Of a DNA stretch of 64,000 nucleotides, positions 53,880 to 64,000 are shown piece by piece. Below the pieces are notes generated by a model, which saw only the letters and a program-made list of their open reading frames with translations, was not told the origin of the DNA and searched no databases. The position numbers and the translations under genes were made by a program. How positions within the stretch are numbered: position 1 is the first letter of the stretch; every line of letters starts with the position of its first letter. Source of the stretch: Tubiluchus corallicola (lineage: Eukaryota > Animalia > Priapulida); the NCBI GenBank assembly GCA_030141605.1, contig JAQGDQ010001031.1, forward strand, positions 1 through 64,000. Reading direction: 5' to 3'.

Positions 53880-54740
53880 TGAAATATTAAATTTTGTAAT
53901 ACTGGTGACATATTTTGCAAAGCCCTAAATTGCAGAACACTTCTGTTTCTCCGTGCACAGCTTAATGGATTTGTAAGGTCTTGTAAAGTGTTTGAGGTGA
54001 GATGCAGTTCACCCCCAGTGCACATTGAAAGATGTAATTTTGAGCAATTTCGTCTGGAAATTAATAATGATTGAAAATAATTATACTCGCTTTTGAAATT
54101 GATAATCTTTTCGGCAAATTCCGCAAAAGCCCTGAGTTACAGACAACTTGAGACGTGCTCTCTGCACGCAAAAGAGAAGATTAGTGGTTTTCAAAATCTT
54201 GTGAAGTATTTGAGTTACACGCAAAGAAATGAAACACAAAGAAACAAAGGATTTTAATCTTGTCTGGAATTTAATAACTTGAAAAGCGCCGAAAATAATT
54301 ATCCTCGCTTTTGAAGTTTATAATCTTTTCGGCAAATTCCACAAAAGCCCTGAGTTACAGACAACTTGAGACGTGCTCTCTACACACAAAAGAGAAGCTT
54401 AATTGTAAAGCTTTTGAATGTTTACCAGAGCGGCAGGTTACACCCTGCCGACAAAGAAAGATTTTAATCCCTAATAATTCTGTCTGGAAATTAATAACGA
54501 TTGATAAGCTGCAAATAATAATCTCTCTCTCTGAAGTGGTTTAGCAAGTTTTATACAAGAATTTTAGCAGCGTGAGAACTACATGGGCAATGACCAACCT
54601 TGAAATGGTCTGATTTTGATAAAATATATCAATAATGAGGTAATGAGGTCTCAAAACAAGAAACGCATAACAGCTTTGCAACATTTGGATATTTGAAAAA
54701 ACTTTTTTGGCAGAAGTGTTGCCTCTTGTTGCTTGCCACT
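53880..54740 (-). repeat. Reverse-orientation copy of the 118-bp-unit composite repeat
   Basis: ggcaggttacaccctgccgacaaagaaagattttaatccc...gattgataagctg and gggcaatgaccaaccttgaa are reverse complements of the 37.2-38.6 kb sequence. Confidence 0.85.
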
Positions 54741-55315
54741 GTTGTTTTGTAAAGTATAACCTTTCTACAATAGCTGTGTCATTGTTATTTTGTCCTAGTC
54801 GCTGCTGATCCAGATTAGACTGTCACTCTAGTTACTGTTTCTGCTGTTTTTCTTGTTGCTTGCTGGCGACGATGACGATGGATTTTACTCTGCTTTTCTT
54901 GTTGTTTATATATAACAAGCTTTATGCTTTTGTGCAAATAATTTTTGCTAGAAAAAAATCCACTTTTATTCTCTTGAGACAAGTTGCTGAGAGGAGGCTA
55001 CAGAGCAGCTTAATCTCTTCCCACGGAATCATAAGCACTTTAATTTAATCCCTGAAAAGGATGCGGTCTATCAGATTTATTTGCTTTAAAATTTTGGTGA
55101 AATGAGGATTGTCAGTCTTAAGATGTTTTGCAAACATCTATAATCTCTTAAACCTCTTACAAATTTCACAAAAACGTCTTTGTTATCAGGAGACTTGAAG
55201 TATCAACCTCCAACTGAACTGGTACCCACATTTATCTGGAAAAATGGCCAACAGAAAATGCCGTTGCGCAAAATCCCTGATCGTATGTCCTCATAAATCA
55301 TGGGGATATTTTTGT

Positions 55316-57478
55316 ACAAGTAAATATATGTGGTTGCTTTGAAAATAAGTAAATATGTGAGGTTGCTTAGAAAATAAGTAAATATGTGCGGTTGCATTGA
55401 AAATAAGTAAATATGTGCAGTTGCATTGAAAATAAGTAAATATGTGCGGTTGCATTGAAAGTAAGTAAATATGTGAGGTTGCTTAGAAAATAAGTAAATA
55501 TGTGCGGTTGCATTGAAAATAAGTAAATATGTGCGGTTGCATTGAAAATAAGTAAATATGTGAGGTTGCTTAGAAAATAAGTAAATATGTGCGGTTGCAT
55601 TGAAAATAAGTAAATATGTGAGGTTGCTTAGAAAATAAGTAAATATGTGCGGTTGCATTGAAAATAAGTAAATATGTGCGGTTGCATTGAAAATAAGTAA
55701 ATATGTGCGGTTGCATTGAAAGTAAGTAAATATGTGAGGTTGCTTAGAAAATAAGTAAATATGTGCGGTTGCATTGAAAATAAGTAAATATGTGTGGTTG
55801 CATTGAAAATAAGTAAGTATGTGCGGTTGCATTGAAAATAAGTAAATATGTGCGGTTGCATTGAAAATAAGTAAATATGTGCAGTTGCATTGAAAATAAG
55901 TAAATATGCGCGGTTGCTTAGAAAATAAGTAAATATGTGCGGTTGCATTGAAAATAAGTAAATATGTGAGGTTGCATTGAAAATAAGTAAATATGTGCAG
56001 TTGCATTGAAAATAAGTAAATATGTGCGGTTGCATTGAAAATAAGTAAATAAGTGCGGTTGCATAGAAAAGAAGTAAATATGTGCGGTTGCATTGAAAAT
56101 AAGTAAATATGTGAGGTTGCTTAGAAAATAAGTAAATATGTGCGGTTGCATTGAAAATAAGTAAATATGTGTGGTTGCATTGAAAATAAGTAAGTATGAG
56201 CGGTTGCATTGAAAATAAGTAAATATGTGCGGTTGCATTGAAAATAAGTAAATATGTGCAGTTGCATTGAAAATAAGTAAATATGCGCGGTTGCTTAGAA
56301 AATAAGTAAATATGTGCGGTTGCATTGAAAATAAGAAAATATGTGCGGTTGCATTGAAAATAAGTAATTACGTGCGGTTGCATAGGAAATAAGAAAATAT
56401 GTGCGGTTGCATAGAAAATAAGTAAATATGTGTGGTTGCATAGAAAATAAGAAAATATGTGCGGCTGCATAGAAAATAAGTAAATATGTGCAGTTGCATA
56501 GAAAATAAGAAAATATGTGTGGTTGCATATAAAATAAGAAAATATGTGCGGTTGCTTTGAAAATAAGAAAATATGTGCGGTTGCATAGAAAATAAGAAAA
56601 TATGTGCGGCTGCATAGAAAATAAGTAATTACGTGCGGTTGCATAGAAAATAAGAAAATATGTGCGGCTGCATAGAAAATAAGTAATTACGTGCGGTTGC
56701 ATAGGAAATAAGAAAATATGTGCGGTTGCATAGAAAATAAGAAAATATGTGCGGTTGCATAGAAAATAAGTAAATATGTGCAGCTGCATAGAAAATAAGT
56801 AAATATGTGCGGTTGCATAGAAAATAAGTAAATATGTGCGGTTGCATAGAAAGTAATTAAATATGTGCGGTTGCATAGATAATAAGCAAAAAAGTGCGGA
56901 TGCATGGAAAAGTCAGTAAATAAGTGCGTTTGCACAGAAAATAAGTTACTAAGTATGGTTGTATAGAAAATAAGTGTTGTTGTTGTGGTTGTCAAAAAAA
57001 AGTGCGGTTGCGCAGAAAATAAGTTACTAAGTGCGGTTGCACAGAAAATAAATTACTGAGTGTGGTTGCACAGAAAATTAATGTGGTTGTGCAGAAAATA
57101 AGTTACTAAGTGTGGTTGCAAAGAAAATAAGTTACTGAGTGCGGTTGCACAGAAAATACGTTACTAAGTGCGGTTGCTCAGAAAATAAGTTACTAAGTGC
57201 GGTTGCGCAGAAAATAAGGTACTGAGTGTGGTTGCAAAGAAAATAAGTTATTGAGTGTGGTTGCACAGAAAATACGTTACTAAGTGCGGTTGCTCAGAAA
57301 ATAAGTTACTAAGTGCGGTTGCTCAGAAAATAAGTTACTGAGTGTGGTTGCACAGAAAACAAGTTACTAAGTGTGGTTGCACAGAAAACAAGTTACTAAG
57401 TGTGGTTGCACAGAAAACAAGTTACTAAGTGTGGTTGCACAGAAAATAAGTTACTAAGTGTGGTTGCACAGAAAATAA
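55316..57478. repeat. 29-bp tandem array (~74 units) with two subfamilies
   Basis: aaataagtaaatatgtgcggttgcattga to ~56900, then aaataagttactaagtgtggttgcacaga from ~57000. Confidence 0.97.
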
Positions 57479-57659
57479 GGGCAGCTGTTGTGTTTGGCAG
57501 TTACTAATAAAGCTTAATGTTTATCTGCAAGTTAAAGTAAGGCTCAATGATTTAATCTGGGTCACATTACATCTTCAATTTGCTTTATTTTGGTTTTAAG
57601 GCCTTTACAAAGCAAAAACTTTTGTTTTAATTTGTTTTGCTAGTTGGAAAATCATTTGT

Positions 57660-58035
57660 GAGAGCTGCTGGTTTTGAATGCATCCAACTGTTTTGTGCAC
57701 AGTAAGACCATGTGAACCAGCACTGTGCTGCCATCTGGCAATAAATACAATATAGAAACAGCTTACATAACAAAGCATCATAATTTTTTTAGAGTAATGC
57801 TTTCAAATGCATCGGCTGTTGTGCGTGCAGTAAGCCCATCACACCTTGCATGGTGCTTCAATCTGACAACGGAAATAATATGAAAACATCTTATGTTGCT
57901 GTGTAACAATGTTTTGTAATTTCTGTAGAGTGCTGGCTTTAAATGCGTACGATGGTTGTGTACACTGTAAAACCATCTAAACATGCACTGCACTGTCATC
58001 TGTCAACGGAAATAGTATAAAAACAGCTTATGATG
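57660..58035. repeat. Three diverged tandem copies of a ~133-bp unit
   Basis: aatgcatc...gtgc.cagtaag.ccat...catctg.caa..aaata...a.agaaac.gctta recurs at ~57670, 57800 and 57935. Confidence 0.7.
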
Positions 58036-58519
58036 CCTTGTAAAATAAATACGATTTTTTGATTTGCTTTAACTTATGAAAAATTTGAAATATGAGCTGT
58101 ACACAAAGTCGCACCTTGCACCCTAAGCACAAGAGTCACCTGCAATAATTGATTATAATCTCTGTTAATTCTCGTCTGAGAAATAAGTCTTAATGGTGTA
58201 GCGCCACCTAACAAAGAAACTGGTGAGTTGCTGTTGCTTGCTATTGAGAAAAACTTTTTTTAATGTATAAAAAGGCGACAATTTTTTTCCTTGCGGAATG
58301 ATGCATATAAAAGTATAAAGCTTGCAGAGAGAACAACAATAGCAAAAGTGACAACATTAGTGTCATCATCACCATCAGTATAGCAGCAGCAGTAGTGATA
58401 ACAACAGCAGCAATGATAGCAATAGTGATAAGTAGAAGGTGAAGCAGCTGCAGCGACAGTGACCACGACCATATAGTTGTTGCAAAATTATTTATTATAT
58501 ATCGAACATGCCAGTTCAA

Positions 58520-59060
58520 ATTTTGGTGATTACCCAGAAAATCTCACGTGCTGCTAGGATTGCTCTGAAATTTGCTGAACCTTCAAAAAGAGGGATTATT
58601 ATTATCAGCTTATCAATCGTTATGAAATTCCAGACACAATTATTGTGGATTAAAATCTTTATTTGTCGGCAGGGAGTAACCTACCACTAAGGCAAACACT
58701 TCAAAAAGATTCATTTTTATTATCAGCTTATCAATCGTTATTAAATTCCAGACACAATTTTTGGGATTAAAATCCTTCTTTGTCGGCAGGGAGTAACCAA
58801 CCACTCAGGTAAATACTTCAAAAGGGTTATAAATAAGCTGCTCTTTTGTGTGCAGAGAGAGCGCATCTCAAGATGTCTGCAATTTAATGTTTTGCAGAAT
58901 TTGCCGCAAGGATTATAAATGTTAAAAGTCGGTGTTATTATTTTCGCATCGTTTCAGTCATTTTTAAATTTCAGATAAAATTGCTGAAAGCTATCATCTT
59001 TCTTTGTGTGCAGGACGTGAACTGAATCTCAGGAGAAATATTTTAGAAGATTTTAATAAC
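58520..59060 (+). repeat. Further copy of the 118-bp-unit composite repeat
   Basis: Two units ttatcagcttatcaatcgttat...gtcggcagggagtaacc, followed by the same tail as 37920-38100. Confidence 0.85.
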
Positions 59061-60008
59061 CATCGGGGATTATAAATTTCAAATTGTTGAAGACTAAAGC
59101 TTTCGTTATCCGTAGATTGTAAGCTCTATCCGTAGCAACTCATATAGTAATAGTAGTTGTAGTGGTTTATTAACCTAAAATTAATATTTATGATATTAAT
59201 ATTTAATATCTTCGACAGGAATGGCCGAATTGAAATATTTCATTGTCAAAAATTTTGCCCTTTTTAGAAAACAGCAAAATTATACGAAGGTGAAAAAATT
59301 TCACAATAACAAACTTTCAATGTGAAAAAAAGGTACGATAATGACTAAACTGAAACTAGAAGATGATTCAGCAATGTAGACAGAGACAATGAAAATGAGC
59401 TTAAAGAATTTTTCAAAACTGTAACACTTTTTTATGGTACTAGTGTGATTTCTTATTCATAAACTCTCGAAATATTCTAACAAATTTCAGTTTGGATTTT
59501 TCCGCAATTACAGAGTCTCTTATACATCAAAAGATTTATAATTAAGCTTCTCTTTTGTGTCAGAGCAGCACCTCTCAAATGGTTCGCTTTTTTGTGTTTT
59601 GCGTTTTCAAAATAATTTTGTCAAATGTTAGCATACCAACTTTGTGGTCGTAGAACAGGTCTAAGCAGGCTAACCTTACACGCCAAGCTTTAAAAAAAAC
59701 GATATGAAAAGTTTTCAAACAGCATAGATTTTAATGATTTGTAGATTGAAGAAATAAAAGTTTTTCCCAAAAAATATATAAAAAAATCAGAAGAAAATCT
59801 ATTGTCAGATATTGCTGATATTTAGTTAATAAAATATCTCTTTTTTCTTAAGGTTTGTAATGACTCTGCACTAAACTAGTACAGCTAATAACTTCGCTAA
59901 ACGAATCAGTTTTGCGTAATCCTGCGCAATTTTTTGCGGGCGTTCTTAATGGAAAATTTCTAGTGAGTGTGAATGCTGGGTGGAGCTAAACAGTTGCTAA
60001 ATGTTGTG

Positions 60009-63000
60009 GGCGGAGTTAAAAAGCTGTCATGGTGATCAACTCCAACACGTCAGTTTATAGGCGTAACTTTTAGATGCCTGAAGAAGTGACAACTCAAGCA
60101 AATCATTTGCTTTGCAGTCTTGCTATAAGCGTGAACAGTGCTCCAGGAAAAAACAGAACACTTTTTATTGAAGTGTAATATTGATTTTGAGGGCAAAATG
60201 TGTGATTTTGTTAAAAAAGTGAAAATTTTGTTTTCTGTACGAAACAATTTATTCTTTGCACTTAACCACAGAAGTGATCACGCTCTAGTCTTCTATTTTG
60301 TCTAATAAATGGATTGTGGCTGCAATGTGATTTAAAAATGGAATGGGGGCAGCTATCAGCAAGCTAATTCTATCTTTATAACTGTCCTGCATATGTTTTA
60401 TGGTAAGTGTTTATCTTATGAGCAATCATTTTAAATCACTTACATTATTTTGTATAAATGGGTCTTGTAGTAGTGTGATCTATCATGCCACAATAATGTT
60501 GTTTAGTAGTTTAGGTGACTACAGTTTATAAGTTTTTAAGGCACTGTCATATCGCCCAAATTAGAATTATTGCTAAAAGCAGGACTGCAGTATAAAAATT
60601 CCTCCTTTATCTGCACACTGACTGCACACACAAAGAAAAGTTGAAACATACAAAGAAAAACAACTTTAAAAAACTAATGAAAAATTTCGTGAAATATTTC
60701 AATTTGGGAGTTAGCAAAAAGCGATATTTTTATCTACTACAGCAAACCACAGTCAAGGAAGAAGCAACAGAAAAAAGAGCCAAACTGCAAACTTACTGAA
60801 AAGTTAGAAAGAGCTTCGGGCGAATTTTCTCATTATGCGCATCATTTTGCAGCATCTATCTGCGCCAGTAAGTGGCGTACTCTACAGGCGTTATTTTGTA
60901 ACTTCGTTATTTCGAAACACGGCACAACCAGCAAAGCAGGTTGCAAATTATACAATGAATGGGAATATAAGATAATTTGAGGCTTCGTACGGAACAAAAA
61001 ATAGGAGACTGTATGAACATTGTTAATTAGTTAGTTAGCTAAGCTAGTCAGTTAGTTAGTCATTTAGTTTTAGCTTTGGTCAGTCATTTAGTTTTAGTTT
61101 CAGTATGACAGACTTGGTGGCATGGCAAGTTTGGTAGTATGGCGGGTATGAAAGGTGTAGCATGTTTGTCAGTATGGCTGGTATGGAAGGTTCAGCATAT
61201 TTGTCAGTATGGCAGGTATGGAAGGTTTAGCATATTTGTAAGTATGGGGGTATGGAAGGTTTAGCATGTTTGGCAGTATGGAAGGTATAGCATGTTTGGC
61301 AGTATGGCGGGAATGGAAGGTTTAGCATGTTTTTCAGTATGGCGGGTATGGAAGGTTTAGCATGTTTGGCAGTATGGCGGGTATTGAAGGTTTAGCATGT
61401 TTGGCAGTATGGCGGGTATGGAAGGTTCAGCATGCTTGGCAGTATGGCAGGTTTGGCAGATTGGCAGACCTATCTTACAACAGTATTTCTGAAAAGTATA
61501 GTTATTGATCTTGATGTGCATATCCCTTCTATGTAGAAAAGTCTCAATAAGACCCAGAATTCTTGATATTGTCATTGACATTGCCATGTGTGGCGTACCA
61601 GTTTTTTAGAGTTTTTGTGAAGTCTTGCTTATGACAACATCAATAACTTGAGGAATACTGGTTGCTTATCCATTAATTGCTAAATCTGAATCAGCCTTGA
61701 ATATCTTGTGATCAGATGCAATTTCATTTTGTCTGAAAATGTGTGCTTACGATGATCAAACCTTTGTATTGTGCAGAAACTGTAGCATGAAGATTAAGAT
61801 GAAGGACAGTATTTCTACTCTTGTAGTTCCAACTGGTCTTGAAGACTTGAAGCTTCTGCCGATGTCCAGCATGGACAGTGTTGACCAAATCCTTACCATT
61901 GCCAATTCACTGCACTTAAACGCAGAATTTACCACTGAGATACAAGGAAAGAAAAATGGGACTGGTTTCTGGACTTGTGGTTCCAACTGCTATTGAAAAC
62001 TTGTAGCTTGTCCATGGGCAGTGTTGACCACAACCTTACCATTACAAATTCACTGGCCTCAAACGCGGAATTCACCATTGAGATTAAAATGAGGAAAATT
62101 GTGAATTCTGGACGTAAAGATTAAAATTGAAGTCTGTCAGCAGTCTTGTTGTGGCAAGAGAACAGATTCTGGCCTTGGTCTTAATTTGGGAAGCTAAATT
62201 TTTCCTTAGTGTCGGTGTAATCTTCACACTAAATTGTTCATATTAATATTATTTTTACAAGAGATTGACCAAAAGATCTTGCAGGTTTCTTAAAATTATT
62301 TGCGGAACTTTTTGTAGCAATTAAGTGTCTAATAGATTAAATTAGTTAATGAAATTGGCTTATGATGAACAAAACTTGTTTTAAGAGAAAACATTAAGCA
62401 ATTCGTGCATGCTCCCATGTATATGTGAGGTGACTGATTTTGATCTTCACTCACAAAAACTGTTTTTCTGAAAACAGACTGTTCAGTGATTTTTTTTTAA
62501 ATATATTTTCAAAAAACCATGTGACAATTCCCCCCAAAAATATGGCATTAAATTTAACATTGAGATCAACTAAAGCAATGAATCCAAAGGATTCAAGCCT
62601 TTCACAAATTCACAATAGGCAGACAACGTTTTTTAAATTATTACTTCAAATAATATTAAGTAGATTAGAGAACAATATTTGACAACATAATTAATGACCG
62701 TCAAAATATTATCACACCCGCACAGACATTATAATGATAGCAGTTGAAGTGTTTTTAATGTTGAAAAAGATTTTATTCTTTAAATTGCCTATTTGTTTAT
62801 TAACAGGTTATTATCAGTGGAGTTTCAAAAAGTTCATATGGCTAAAAGTCACTTTAAAACCTGAATCATTTCACATATTCTGCCTACTGTGTCTCACTAC
62901 AACGTTGGAAACGTCTAGGAAGCCACAATTACGACAAAATTCGTCTTTTTCTTCCAACAGCTCCATGAATCATGTGCAATGTTGCAAAGAATCAGCTGAC

Positions 63001-64000
63001 TCCCAAATATCACAGACTTGGTGAGATTGATGACTATGTTGAGTATGTATACAGCACATTGAAGTCAATTAAAGAGATGCATTAACTGATATGTCAATTT
63101 GCCATAAAGGAAGCTGGAATTGATAGCAAAATATTTCATGTAGAAGCAGCTCTTAGAAAATTGATGGTAGCCATAACTTACAGTTCTGTTCCTTGGAACT
63201 TAATATGCGATGTCACAAATTATGCCAGAATTATCCTGATATGCCAAGAGAATGAGCAAAAGTCCAAAACTGTTTGAAATGGACTGAATCTGCGTTTGTT
63301 CGTCTTGAGAACAAATAATCATTGTGGAGTGTCGCTAATCTAAAAAAGATTACTGATGATTATGATTAATAATTAATTGATTTTAAAGGGCTTGCAAGAA
63401 ACACTGCGTTACACTATTGCTTCAGTGAATAGTTTATTTTACATTGCGAGATTGAGTGAAACATCTGTAAGTATGTGTAAATGTGAAAGCTTGTAATGGC
63501 AATCATTTTTGATTTTGTATGGGACTTTGTGCTTTGCATAATAACACATTACAAATTTGTTGTTCAGCATTGTACAAAAAGTATGTGTTGTATATCTTCA
63601 AACTGCCATCACTACACTGGCATGATAGACACGTAATTGTTTGATGAACATAATAAATTGTTTTGTACTATTACTCATTGTTTCTGTATAGTGGATCGTA
63701 AATAAAGAAAGTTGCCTTGAATCTTCCACTTTTGGAACTCTACAATCAGCAATCTCCTAGTCAAAAAAGACCTTCTTTCAAAATGTAGTCTGTAGATGTA
63801 TGTAGCAGACCTTTAGCTAACTTAGGCTCATGTAGTCGAGCATACATCCTTGATCAATAGACTTTTCCATCGTGTTACTTTTCCTGTTGTTAACCTAGGC
63901 GGTGGTCCTACAGAAAATAGTAAATAAGTTAAAATGTAAAGCTTATATTATTATAATTAAGCAAAAAAATAATATAATAAACATGTAATGATCATCATGG
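60009..64000 (+). repeat. Segmental duplication copy 2 (runs off the window end); includes a 35-bp minisatellite at 61100-61460
   Basis: Colinear with 45597-49390, with an extra internal duplication at ~61800-62090. Confidence 0.93.

Noticed and set aside
55203-56995. Long MQPHIFTYF-repeat ORFs up to 338 aa
   Set aside because: Translations of the 29-bp array; the same peptide appears in all three minus frames because three units make 87 bp.
58241-58519. Hydrophobic membrane-protein-like ORF
   Set aside because: Derived from degenerate trinucleotide repeats (agc/aac/atc); no domain or splice support.

Overview
AT-rich eukaryotic genomic DNA, most likely an invertebrate animal (spliceosomal GT-AG introns, metazoan-type transposons). 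It is not prokaryotic: I found no rRNA, tRNA, CRISPR array or operon. The left half (about 5.3-30.5 kb) holds genes or remnants of six unrelated Golgi glycan-modifying enzyme families: a divergent GT31/B3GALT6-like terminal exon, an apparently intact two-exon carbohydrate sulfotransferase (Sulfotransfer_2/CHST family), a GT8 GXYLT-like pseudogene, a GT11 FUT1/2-like pseudogene, a GT92-like fragment and two GT32 pseudogene copies. Possible C-type lectin/sushi remnants lie among them, together with L2/CR1-group LINEs, Penelope remnants, a BEL gag remnant and a DNA-transposase remnant. The right half (about 30.5-64 kb) is almost entirely repetitive: head-to-tail non-autonomous Helitrons, a dispersed element carrying 118-bp tandem units, 29-, 38-, 98- and about 140-bp tandem arrays, and a ~4-kb direct segmental duplication. 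All family calls come from manual translation and motif recognition; no database search was run, and the boundaries of degenerate elements are approximate.
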